Made by a program: the position numbers and the translations under genes. Below the pieces are notes generated by a model. It searched no databases and was not told where the DNA came from. It saw only the letters and a program-made list of their open reading frames with translations. A stretch of 64,000 nt of DNA from an uncultured Acidobacteriota bacterium (GTDB lineage Bacteria; Acidobacteriota; Thermoanaerobaculia; Multivoradales; UBA5704). Positions within the stretch are counted from its first letter, which is position 1, and the number at the start of each line of letters is the position of its first letter. The stretch is taken from positions 2,880,001 through 2,944,000 of the forward strand of contig CAVYRF010000002.1 of the NCBI GenBank assembly GCA_963770895.1, read 5' to 3'. Below are positions 1 to 8,796 of this stretch, one piece after another.

Positions 1-857
1 TCGCCGGGAGCGGCTGGCAGGTCGTAGAGCAGCCGCGCTTCGTACAGCCGCTCGCGCGCCGCATCCCGGCTGCCCAGCGCCGCTTCGCAGATCGCCAGAC
101 TGAGCAGCAGCCGCGCGGCCAGCGACGGCCATGCCGCCAGGTCGATCGCCTCCAGGGCAGCCCGCAGCTGCGGGCGCGCCTGCGCATAGTCGGCGTTCTC
201 CTGCAGCAGGATGCCGGCCTGTGCGCGGCAGGCGGCCGCCGGCTCGGCATCCTCCAGCTGGCAGAACTGCTGCACGGCCTGGGTGAACAGTGCCACGGCC
301 TCGTCGCGCGCCCCCTGGTCCACCCGCACCTGCGCCAGCCCCGCCGCCGCCAGGCCGCGTTCGCCGCTGGCCCCCGGCGGCACGAACGCCGCCATGGCCG
401 CGAAGGACTCCTCCGCCGCCAGCCAGCGCTCGTCGTGCAGGTGGCACTTGCCGAGCAGCCAGCAGGCCAACGCCGCGGTGCGCCCGGCCGCCGTCCCCGG
501 TTCCGCATCCAGCGCCAGCGCCACCGCCGCCGCCATCTCGGCCGCCTCCAAGTCCGGCACGCCTTCCAACAGCGCGCTCTCCGCCCGGTAGGCAAACAGC
601 CGGGCCAGTGTTTCGCGCTGGAAGACCGGGTCCCGCCGCACCGCCTGCTGGCGCAGCCCGCGCGGCAGCCGCATCAGTTCTTCTCCCAACTCCCGGTCAA
701 GCCCGCACGCCCTCACCATCGCCACCAACGACCGCAGCTCATAACCCTCGGGTCCGGCGGGGTGCCGCCGTGCCCGAAGTCCACCCGCATCCGGCAGTCG
801 AGCCGGTGACAACCGGATGTCGCCATCGCCTCCCTCGCCAAGCTCGGAGTAGTCCAT
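1..857 (-). CDS. TPR-like helical repeat protein, divergent paralog of the neighbouring HTH-TPR regulators, no obvious HTH; runs off the window edge
   Basis: Not in the ORF track. Manual translation from ATG 857 gives MDYSELGEGG...EELMRLPRGLRQQAVRRDPVFQRETLARLFAYRAESALL...AALACWLLGKCHL...LAQVRVDQGARDEAVALF, open to position 1. The segment LMRLPRGLRQQAVRRDPVFQRETLA aligns with LLQRSAQERRALVEEATDFQSEALA of 1621-3030. Start could also be 719 or 674. Confidence 0.75.
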   Translation of the reverse strand, partial: MDYSELGEGGDGDIRLSPARLPDAGGLRARRHPAGPEGYELRSLVAMVRACGLDRELGEELMRLPRGLRQQAVRRDPVFQRETLARLFAYRAESALLEGVPDLEAAEMAAAVALALDAEPGTAAGRTAALACWLLGKCHLHDERWLAAEESFAAMAAFVPPGASGERGLAAAGLAQVRVDQGARDEAVALFTQAVQQFCQLEDAEPAAACRAQAGILLQENADYAQARPQLRAALEAIDLAAWPSLAARLLLSLAICEAALGSRDAARERLYEARLLYDLPAAPG

Positions 858-1021
858 CAAACTCAGCGTACGGGGTAACCTTCTGTCTGCCAAGCGTTTG
901 CCGCAAATCCAGAACCTTGGTGAGGCTTCTTCGCCAGTTTCCCGGAGATTGCCGCCTCCGGTAACGCCGCGCCGCCTCGCGGCAGTTGTCACGATCTCGC
1001 CATTTTGGTGGCATGGAACAG

Positions 1022-1062
1022 CCTCAGGTGTGTCAATATCCGCTGTATTGGCACTATTGAGG
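1022..1062. promoter_or_regulatory. Imperfect inverted repeat, candidate operator between the divergent TPR and peptide genes
   Basis: CCTCAggtGTGTCAATA-tccgctg-TATTGGCACtatTGAGG. Inner arms match 8/9 and full arms 13/17. The region is AT-rich and contains TTGACA on the minus strand (1031-1036). Confidence 0.45.
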
Positions 1063-1211
1063 TCAAAAAGCACGACCAAAGAGTCGGGATTCACGAACTC
1101 GCGACTCCGCAATTGCGTCAATCGTGCGCGACCGTGCCTGCAGTGTCCCTGGGGAGGGTCTCCCGAGCCTGCCGCTGATGGCAGGATCTCGTGGTCCGAG
1201 GAAGGAGTGTT

Positions 1212-1553
1212 ATGCCCCGCATCCTCTGCTTTCTGGTTCTGTGCGTTCTGATTCTGGCTGTCCCGATGACCGCGTCCGCCGCTCAGGCGGGCCGGACAAC
1301 CGTCACATCGCATGGCAGCGGTGTGACCGCCTTCTGGTGGGCGATGCTTGAGCAGGTTTGGCACAATGCCACAACATTTAGCCCGTTCTGGCAACCGGCG
1401 CGAGGTGCCGGCGCTCAGCAGACCGGCAGCCGAGTGCGTCACTCCACGGTGACCACGCGGTCCACACCTCCGCTTACCGGCGGAGCCCATCTGGTGGATA
1501 ACAACTGCGACGGCGGATCGATGTTGGATCCCAACGGCCACTGCGGGGGCTGA
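1212..1553 (+). CDS. Secreted pro-peptide (113 aa) with C-terminal CDGGSMLDPNGHCGG motif; candidate signalling peptide precursor
   Basis: AAGGAG RBS before ATG 1212. Sec-type signal peptide MPRILCFLVLCVLILAVPMTASA, a Trp-rich helix (AFWWAMLEQVW), a Ser/Thr-rich linker and a two-Cys C-terminal loop. Confidence 0.8.
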   Translation: MPRILCFLVLCVLILAVPMTASAAQAGRTTVTSHGSGVTAFWWAMLEQVWHNATTFSPFWQPARGAGAQQTGSRVRHSTVTTRSTPPLTGGAHLVDNNCDGGSMLDPNGHCGG

Positions 1554-1620
1554 GCTATCTCCTTGCAGGTTACAGACGATCGCTCGGTCGGGTGCCGAGG
1601 CGAAGCTGGCGAGCGGGCTG

Positions 1621-3030
1621 TTATCCGGCGGCTTGCCGCAGCAGCTCGAAGGCGGCGAGAGCTTCGCGGTGTGTGCGCTGAGCACAAAACACCGCGGCGC
1701 TCTCGCGCGCCAAGGCTTGAGCCTCTGCCACCCGGCCGGCGGGAGCAAGAAGCGTCGCAAGCTCCAAGGACGCCAGAGCCGCGTCGTAGTTCACGTCGCA
1801 AGCGACAAACCGATTGCGCACTTCGGACAAGCTCGCGATGGCTTCGTCGACACGTCCCAGGCTGGCTGCCACTCGTCCTTTCAGCCACTGGACTCGGACC
1901 AGGTCCAAATCGCAGCCCAAGGGTTCGACCAGGCGGCGGGCCTCGTTCGCTACCGTGTCCGCCTCAGCGTAGCGTCGTAGCTCGCAAAGGCAATGCGCGA
2001 CCAGCAACCGGTGGATGAACAGGAGACGAGGTTGCGCAGTGCCGTCGATCAGCGTCGCCGCCTCTTCGACGGCGGCCATTGCACGCTCGCAGTGGCCGTC
2101 GTCGCAGTGGCCGAAGTCCAATAGGGCGCGCGCCTTGTTGAGCAGGATCCGCACCGGATCGGCGCCGCTCTCCAATGCCCGGTCAAGCAGGGCCAGCGCC
2201 TGGTTGGGGCGGCCCTGGTCGATGCGGAGAGAGGCTTCCAGCTCCAGCAGCAGGCTGCCGTGAAGCGAGCCGATGCCAGTGCTCCCCTGCCATAGCTCTG
2301 CCGCGCGGTTGAACGACTGATCAGCGCCCGGCAAGTCCGACGACACCCGCAAGGCGTTGCCGAGGTGAGCCCAGGTGTAGCCCTGGAGGCATTCACGACG
2401 GCGCCGATCCCCAGGTACAGCTTCGGCAATGTCCACGGCCAACTGCGCCAGCTCGATCGCTTCGCCAGGCGCCCGCGGCGTCAATTCAAGGCTCTTGGCA
2501 CAGAGCAGCACCGCCAGCGCTTCGCTCTGGAAGTCCGTGGCTTCTTCGACCAGGGCGCGGCGTTCCTGAGCGGATCTCTGGAGCAGCTTGGCGAGCAGCA
2601 GGGCAGCCCGATCGCCTGCGGAATTTGGCTTCGACGGCTCCGGCGGCTGGAGCGCCGGACGCAGGTGGGCGCGCAACAACTGCTGCAGATCATGCATCCA
2701 GTCCGAGGTGTCGGTGCGGCCGTGGCTGGAATCGGGTTTCTTGGCTGGCGAGCCCAACGTCTCCTTGCGCAGCTCGCGAATGCCCGCCAGGGCAACGCGC
2801 AGCGCGGCAGGGGTAAAGCCAAGCACCGAGCTGATGCGCTCCAGGGTTTCGGAGCTGGGCGTCTTACGTCCGGCTTCGATCGATGCCAGGTAACTGGTCC
2901 CTGTCCAGCCTAATGCGCGTGCGAGATCCTGCTGTTGCCATCCGCGACTCTGACGCAAAAGCCGTACTGCCAGGCCGAGCTCTGGAGGAGGCGGAGTGGT
3001 CATGGGATGTGGTGGCCGCAGGGATCTCAC
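1621..3030 (-). CDS. XRE-family HTH + TPR transcriptional regulator
   Basis: N-terminal HTH_3 (VRLLRQSRGWQQQDLARALG...YLASIEAGRKTPS) followed by TPR-like repeats (AWAHLGNALRV-type). Start may be ATG 3003. Confidence 0.85.
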   Translation of the reverse strand: MRSLRPPHPMTTPPPPELGLAVRLLRQSRGWQQQDLARALGWTGTSYLASIEAGRKTPSSETLERISSVLGFTPAALRVALAGIRELRKETLGSPAKKPDSSHGRTDTSDWMHDLQQLLRAHLRPALQPPEPSKPNSAGDRAALLLAKLLQRSAQERRALVEEATDFQSEALAVLLCAKSLELTPRAPGEAIELAQLAVDIAEAVPGDRRRRECLQGYTWAHLGNALRVSSDLPGADQSFNRAAELWQGSTGIGSLHGSLLLELEASLRIDQGRPNQALALLDRALESGADPVRILLNKARALLDFGHCDDGHCERAMAAVEEAATLIDGTAQPRLLFIHRLLVAHCLCELRRYAEADTVANEARRLVEPLGCDLDLVRVQWLKGRVAASLGRVDEAIASLSEVRNRFVACDVNYDAALASLELATLLAPAGRVAEAQALARESAAVFCAQRTHREALAAFELLRQAAG

Positions 3031-3051
3031 GCCGTCAGGATTGCCCAGCGA

Positions 3052-4521
3052 TCACGACGTGCTCCTGAAGCACAGCCCCGGATTGTGATGGGCGCTGCAA
3101 AGATAGGTCACCAGCTGGCGGCAGAGCTCGGCCGTCGCGGTCTCCTTCTCGGCCGCTTGCCGGAACAGCTCCAACGCCGCCTGCGCTTCGCGGTGGACCT
3201 GCTGGGCGCGAAAGATCGCGGCGCTCTGCCGAGCCAAGGTTTTGACTGCGCCGGTGCGGTTTTCGGAGGCTAGGATGGTGGCCAGCTCAAGAGACACCAG
3301 GGCGGCGTCCCATGCGTTGTCGCGAACGATGAAGTCGCTGCGCACCTGGTGGAAGGTCGCAATGGCTTCTTCGCTACGGCCGAGGCCCGCGGCCAGCTTG
3401 CCCTCCAACCAGAGAATGCGGACGAGGTCGATCTCATTGCCGAGTCGTTCCGCCAGCATCCGCACCTGGCCGATGATCCCCTGGGCCGCAGGATAGTTTT
3501 CGGCGTAGCACCAAGCGTGAGCGAGGTACTGCAGCTGGATGAGAAACAGCCTTGGCTCACGCTCCGCATTGATCAAGGGCGCAGTATCTTGTAGCAGGTC
3601 GATCGCGCGCTCGTACTCGGCGACGTCGATCAGGGCCTTGGCCTTGTTGAGCAGCAGTCTGGGCGGCGCATTGCTGCTCACCAGGGCTTGGTCCAGCACG
3701 GCCAGCGCTTGCCAGGGTTGCCCTTGGTGCAGTCGCAAGGACGCCTCCAGGTCGAGCAGACGGCTGCCATCGAGCAGGCCGGATTCGTCGCCGGAGTGCC
3801 AGAGCTTTTTGGCCTGGCGGAAGGCATCTTCGGCTGCGGGAAGGTCGGAGGAGACGCGCAGGGCGTTGCCGAGATGGGCCCAGGCGTAGCCCTGGACACG
3901 GCGAGGCCAGGGATCGGCGCCGGGGACCTGAGCGGCGATCTCAAGGGCCATGTGAGCCAGCTCGACGGCTTCCTTGGGCTTGCGGGGCGCGGCTTCCAGG
4001 CTGCGCTCGCAGAGCAGCTCGCAGAGGCCCCAGGTCTGGAATTCGGGGGCGTCTTCGATCAGGACGCGGCGCTCCTGGGGCGAGCGGCGCTGCAGGCGTG
4101 CCCAGAGGCCGTGGGCGGCGCGGCGCTCTTCGAGGACGCGGGCGTCGGACAGGACGCGGTCCAGGGTTTCGCGGGCGAAGTCGCGGACGCGGGCGGCGAT
4201 CTGGTCGGCGATGGCGTCGATGGGGAGCTTTTCGGTGTCGGTGGCGACGGCTTCGGTTCCCTGGGAGGCCTTGACCACCGACTGCACCCGGTCGAAGAAG
4301 GTGGCGGAGTAGCCGAGGGCGGCGAGCAGCTGGCGCTGGGTCTTGGCGGAGGGGGCGCGGACGGCTCGCTCGTAGTCGGAGACGCTGCCAGGTTTGAGCC
4401 CGGCTGCTTCGTCAAGGCGCTGTTGCGAGACGCCGCGCAGCACGCGCAGAACCATCAGGGTACCGGCGAGGGTGGTTCGCGGAGGTCCCCATTGAGACCG
4501 GACGCGCACGGTGGAAGCCAT
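3052..4521 (-). CDS. XRE-family HTH + TPR transcriptional regulator (paralog of 1621-3030)
   Basis: GGAGG RBS. HTH LRVLRGVSQQRLDEAAGLKPGSVSDYERAVRAPS. TPR block QGYAWAHLGNALRVSSDLPAAEDAF is nearly identical to the neighbour's. Confidence 0.88.
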   Translation of the reverse strand: MASTVRVRSQWGPPRTTLAGTLMVLRVLRGVSQQRLDEAAGLKPGSVSDYERAVRAPSAKTQRQLLAALGYSATFFDRVQSVVKASQGTEAVATDTEKLPIDAIADQIAARVRDFARETLDRVLSDARVLEERRAAHGLWARLQRRSPQERRVLIEDAPEFQTWGLCELLCERSLEAAPRKPKEAVELAHMALEIAAQVPGADPWPRRVQGYAWAHLGNALRVSSDLPAAEDAFRQAKKLWHSGDESGLLDGSRLLDLEASLRLHQGQPWQALAVLDQALVSSNAPPRLLLNKAKALIDVAEYERAIDLLQDTAPLINAEREPRLFLIQLQYLAHAWCYAENYPAAQGIIGQVRMLAERLGNEIDLVRILWLEGKLAAGLGRSEEAIATFHQVRSDFIVRDNAWDAALVSLELATILASENRTGAVKTLARQSAAIFRAQQVHREAQAALELFRQAAEKETATAELCRQLVTYLCSAHHNPGLCFRSTS

Positions 4522-4725
4522 CGGTGATCCTCCCGAGACAGAGTCGCCATTTAAGAAACACGGTGCGCTCCAGCCCTGTGTGCGATCCGCGGAGCGCCTG
4601 CCGATCTGTTATTTCCCGGTAGAGATCTTAAGTGAGCGTGGCAAACCTGTCACGCCGGCCGGCGGCAAATCGTTGATTGTGGCGGCGCGGCGCGGCGAGA
4701 TGATTACTTTTTGAGCCGTGCTTTG

Positions 4726-5520
4726 CTAGAACTGCACATTGGAGATAAAAAATGTCGCGGGGTCGACCTTCTTTGCCACCAGGTCGGCGGCGTTCTCGGC
4801 CGTCAGTACGAACTGTCCCGCCTTTTCGTGAGTCGGCGTTTTCATCAGCAGCTCGACCAGCTGCACCTGCTGGGGGAACCGCTCGCGCGCGCGCAGCAGG
4901 GCGTTGGCGCTGGCGTTGAGGGTCTGGAAGACCGACCCTTCCGATCCGGTGGTGAATTCCAGCAGCAGCCGGTCGGGCTGCGAACCGGTGAACATCTCGA
5001 CGTCGTCCATCCCCTGGGAGTGGAAGAAGTCGCGCAGGTCGGCGGTGACGTCGGCGTGGGCATAGGGGGCGTGCGGCAGCGCCGCGAAGTCGACGTTGCC
5101 GGCATAGGTTCGCGCCGCCGCTCCCGGCTTGGTGTCGGTGGTCCGCTTGGCGGTCGGCAGCTCGCGGGAGGACGGCCGGTGGGTGGCGATGAGGTCGCTC
5201 AGGTTCTTGTCCTGCGCCGCCGGCAGCTCGTGGCCGGGAACGACCTTGGTGGTCCCCAGGTCGGTCGTGCCGTAATCCTTGGTGCGATTGGCGGCTTCGG
5301 TGCGCGGCACGTCGATCTGCTTGGCGTCGATGAAGGTCTGGATGCCGTTGGGCAGGGTGATGATGGCGTGCCCGTCCTTGACCTCATACTTGTCCTTTGC
5401 CGCGATCCGGGAGCCGTCCTTGAGCCAGATGACGTAGGCGGCGAGCGGTGTGACGCCGACCAGCGTCAGCAGCGCCAGGGCGCAGCAGAGAACCGGCATG
5501 GAAAGTCGGGACGAGCGCAT
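4726..5520 (-). CDS. Exported hypothetical protein
   Basis: GGAG RBS, signal peptide, YVIWLKDGSRI beta-rich N-terminus, strong GC3 bias. Confidence 0.8.
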   Translation of the reverse strand: MRSSRLSMPVLCCALALLTLVGVTPLAAYVIWLKDGSRIAAKDKYEVKDGHAIITLPNGIQTFIDAKQIDVPRTEAANRTKDYGTTDLGTTKVVPGHELPAAQDKNLSDLIATHRPSSRELPTAKRTTDTKPGAAARTYAGNVDFAALPHAPYAHADVTADLRDFFHSQGMDDVEMFTGSQPDRLLLEFTTGSEGSVFQTLNASANALLRARERFPQQVQLVELLMKTPTHEKAGQFVLTAENAADLVAKKVDPATFFISNVQF

Positions 5521-5552
5521 TGCGATCTCCTTTGGGCTGCGCCGATTCTAGA

Positions 5553-6449
5553 CTAGTGATCTGAGTCGGGGAAATCGATAGCGGGCGGCGCCGCAGGACG
5601 CAGCCGCCGCCACGCCGGGCCCAGGCCGCGGGGGAACAGCAGCAGGAAGTAGAGACCGGCGAGGATGCCGGTCGCCGCTCCCGGGATCTGGTCGAAGGCC
5701 TGCTGGCGCAGGTTGAAACCCATCGGGCGGGCCTGCCACTTGACCAGCACGCCCAGCGCCGACGCCAGCGCCGGCAGGTACCAGACCAGGATGGCGAGCC
5801 CCAGGAAGCGCAAGGCGGGAAGCTGCCAGGCAAGGCTCCGGTCGCGGGGTTCGCCGGGTTCGTCGCGGTCGCCCGGGTCGCGGCGGTCGCCGCGGCCGGC
5901 GGCCGCCGCGGCCGGCGACGGGCCGAGCAGGGCCGCGGCGACCGGCAGGCGCCGCGACAGCAGCCACAGGCCGGCGACCACCAGCAGCAGGTCGACCGCG
6001 ACGCCGGCGGCGGTGTAGCCGAACAGGTCGCCCTGGCTGTTGCGGGTGAACAGCAGCCAGGTGGAGTAGCTGGCGGCGGTCACGATGCGCGACAGCAGCA
6101 GGATGGCAAGGGCGCAGACGCCGGCCACGGCCACGCCCAACGCCGGCCCCGTCGCCGCGGCCCCCTCCGCCGTTGCCGTCGTGGGGGCGCCGGCCGCCTC
6201 TTCCGCGGGGGCGACCAGCCAGCCCGCCAGCGCCCGCCGCCCGGCGAGCAGGGCCAGGCCGAAGGTGGCGTGCAGCAGCAGGCTGACCACGCCGCCGACC
6301 AGCGCCGCCTGGATCTGCAGCTGGCCGCCGATCATCTGGCCGCTGCGCGGCAGCGCCGGCAGCAGCTGCGACAGACCGATCAGCGCCAGGAGCAACGAAT
6401 ACAGGCCGGCCAGGCCGAACACCAGCGCTCCCAGATCGCGGCTCTTCAT
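5553..6449 (-). CDS. Multi-pass membrane protein, unknown function
   Basis: Real start is MKSRDLGALVFG at ATG 6449; about six hydrophobic segments. The upstream extension in the ORF track is the antisense shadow of aroF. Confidence 0.75.
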   Translation of the reverse strand: MKSRDLGALVFGLAGLYSLLLALIGLSQLLPALPRSGQMIGGQLQIQAALVGGVVSLLLHATFGLALLAGRRALAGWLVAPAEEAAGAPTTATAEGAAATGPALGVAVAGVCALAILLLSRIVTAASYSTWLLFTRNSQGDLFGYTAAGVAVDLLLVVAGLWLLSRRLPVAAALLGPSPAAAAAGRGDRRDPGDRDEPGEPRDRSLAWQLPALRFLGLAILVWYLPALASALGVLVKWQARPMGFNLRQQAFDQIPGAATGILAGLYFLLLFPRGLGPAWRRLRPAAPPAIDFPDSDH

Positions 6450-6569
6450 CGACGCTTGCCTCCCCCGTTCCCCCGCCGCCGCCAGGCCGGCGGACGCCCG
6501 ATGGGGCTCTGGTATCATAGCGTCCCGCCTCAAGCCGCCGGCGGGCGGCAGACCCGGAGAGTCGACGCC

Positions 6570-7601
6570 ATGTTGATCGTGATGAAGATGGATGCAGCGC
6601 CGGAGCAGGTCACCGGCGTGGTGCGCAAGATCGAGTCGCACGGCCTCAAGGCCCACCCCATCGCCGGCGCCCAGCGCACCGCCATCGGCATCACCGGCAA
6701 CATCGGCGTCGTGGACCGCGCGCTGTTCGCTTCCCTGCCGGGGGTGCTCGAAGTCATCCGGGTCAGCCACCCCTACAAGCTGGTGTCGCGCGAATTCCGG
6801 CCGCAGGACACGGTGGTGGAGATCGGCGGCGTGCGGATCGGCGGTCCGGAATTTGTCGTCATCGGCGGCCCCTGCTCGGTGGAAAGCTACGAGCAGACCC
6901 TGCGCATCGCCCAGAGCGTCAAGGCGGCGGGTGCGCGCCTGCTGCGCGGCGGCGCCTACAAGCCGCGCACCAGCCCCTACAGCTTTCAGGGGCTGGGTGA
7001 AGAGGGCTTGCGCATCCTGGCGCGCGTGCGCGCTGAAACCGGCCTGCCGGTGGTGACGGAAGCGACCGACATCGACGTGCTGGACCAGGTGGTCGAATAC
7101 GCCGACGCGGTGCAGATCGGCGCCCGCAACATGCAGAACTACACCCTGCTCAAACGCGTCGGGCGCTGCGCCCGGCCGGTGCTGCTCAAACGCGGCATGA
7201 CGGCGACGGTGACCGAGCTGCTGCTGGCCGCCGAATACATCCTGGACCAGGGCAACCCCAACGTGGTGCTGTGCGAACGCGGCATCCGCACCTTCGCCGA
7301 CCACAGCCGCAACACCCTGGACCTGACGGCGGTGCCGGTGGTCAAGCGCATCAGCCACCTGCCGATCATCACCGATCCCAGCCACGCCAGCGGCGACCGC
7401 GCGCGGGTGCTGCCGCTCGCCCGCGCTTCGGTGGCGGTGGGGGCGGACGGGGTGATGATCGAGGTCCACGATCATCCCGACCAGGCGCTCTCCGACGGCG
7501 ACCAGGCCCTGCTCCCCGAAGAGTTCGAGCGCCTGATGGCCGCGGTGCGCCTGCTGGCGCCGGCGGTGGACCGCAGCGTCCCGACCTATGCTGCCCGCTG
7601 A
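6570..7601 (+). CDS. aroF: 3-deoxy-7-phosphoheptulonate (DAHP) synthase, type I-beta with N-terminal regulatory domain
   Basis: Motifs [41 protein letters not shown] and DPSH; GGAG RBS; TGnTATCAT -10 near 6510. Confidence 0.95.
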   Translation: MLIVMKMDAAPEQVTGVVRKIESHGLKAHPIAGAQRTAIGITGNIGVVDRALFASLPGVLEVIRVSHPYKLVSREFRPQDTVVEIGGVRIGGPEFVVIGGPCSVESYEQTLRIAQSVKAAGARLLRGGAYKPRTSPYSFQGLGEEGLRILARVRAETGLPVVTEATDIDVLDQVVEYADAVQIGARNMQNYTLLKRVGRCARPVLLKRGMTATVTELLLAAEYILDQGNPNVVLCERGIRTFADHSRNTLDLTAVPVVKRISHLPIITDPSHASGDRARVLPLARASVAVGADGVMIEVHDHPDQALSDGDQALLPEEFERLMAAVRLLAPAVDRSVPTYAAR

Positions 7602-8796
7602 GCGCGAGCGTTCCGGGCTGCTGGTCCTCGAAGACGGCAGCGTCTTCGAAGGCGCGGCCGCGGTCGCCGGCACGCGCTTCGGCGAGGTCGTCTTCAACAC
7701 CTCGATGACCGGCTATCAGGAGGTGCTGACCGACCCCTCCTACCGCGGCCAGATCGTCGTCATGACGCAGCCCCACATCGGCAACTACGGCACCGCGGCC
7801 GCCGTCGCCGAATCGGCGCGGCCCTGGGTGGAGGGCTTCGTCGCCCGCCAGTTCACCGGCCGCCCCTCCAACTTTGCCAGCGACGAAGGCCTGCTGCCGT
7901 ACCTGGGCCGCTGGCAGGTGCCGGCGCTGCACGGCATCGACACCCGCGCCCTGGTGCGGCGGCTGCGCGATCGCGGGGCGCTGCGCGGCGTGATCACCTC
8001 GGAGCGCTCGACCGTCCAGCCCTTGCTGGCCGAGCTGGCCGACTTTCCCCTGATGGCCGGCCGCGCCCTGGTGGACGAAGTGACCACGGCGCGCCCCTAC
8101 CAGGTGCCGGCCGACGCGATCGCCGGGGCGGACCTGGCGAGCGGCGCGGCGGCGGCCCGCTGCCATCTGGCGGTCTACGACTTCGGCGTCAAGTCCAACA
8201 TCCTGCGGGCGCTGGCGCGGCGCGGCGCGCGCCTGACGGTGCTGCCGGCCCACACCCCGGCGCGCGACTGCCTGGCGCTCGGCGTCGACGGGGTGGTGCT
8301 GTCCAACGGCCCCGGCGACCCCGAGCCGCTGGTCGACATCGTCGCCGCGGTGCAGGAGCTGCTGGCGGCGCGCACGCCGGTGCTCGGCATCTGCCTGGGC
8401 CACCAGCTGCTGGGGCTGGCGCTGGGGGGGACGACGTTCAAGCTCAAGTTCGGCCACCACGGCGGCAACCAGCCGGTGCGCGACGTGCGCACGGGGCAGG
8501 TGGCGATCACCAGCCAGAACCACGGCTTCGCGGTGCGCGCCGAAACGCTGCCGGCCAGCTGCCAGGTGACCCAGCTGAACCTCAACGACGGCACCGTCGA
8601 AGGCTTCGACGTGGCCGGCTTCCCGGTCTACTCGGTGCAGTACCACCCCGAAGCGGCGCCCGGGCCGCACGACGCGGCCAGTCTGTTCGACCGCTTCTTG
8701 CACGCGGTCACTCCCGGCGCCGGCGGCGCCACGACCGCGCCCCACGCGCCAGATACCGCCGGCTCGCCCGGCGACCCGTCGCCGCACCCTTCATGA
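7588..8796 (+). CDS. carA: Carbamoyl-phosphate synthase small subunit
   Basis: [61 protein letters not shown]. Confidence 0.96.
   Translation: MLPAERERSGLLVLEDGSVFEGAAAVAGTRFGEVVFNTSMTGYQEVLTDPSYRGQIVVMTQPHIGNYGTAAAVAESARPWVEGFVARQFTGRPSNFASDEGLLPYLGRWQVPALHGIDTRALVRRLRDRGALRGVITSERSTVQPLLAELADFPLMAGRALVDEVTTARPYQVPADAIAGADLASGAAAARCHLAVYDFGVKSNILRALARRGARLTVLPAHTPARDCLALGVDGVVLSNGPGDPEPLVDIVAAVQELLAARTPVLGICLGHQLLGLALGGTTFKLKFGHHGGNQPVRDVRTGQVAITSQNHGFAVRAETLPASCQVTQLNLNDGTVEGFDVAGFPVYSVQYHPEAAPGPHDAASLFDRFLHAVTPGAGGATTAPHAPDTAGSPGDPSPHPS

Noticed and set aside
1065-1077. AAAAAGCACGACC identical to part of the TetR operator-like site near 48835
   Set aside because: Only a half site, and a 13-bp match between two positions in 64 kb can occur by chance.
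1534-1545. ACGGCCACTGCG (GHC) shared between the peptide tip and the duplicated GHC in the adjacent regulator
   Set aside because: A 12-bp GC-rich match is too short to support a mimicry or recombination claim.
5553-7700. 715-aa minus-strand ORF in the track
   Set aside because: The N-terminal ~416 aa are the antisense shadow of aroF/carA. Only 5553-6449 looks like a real membrane protein.
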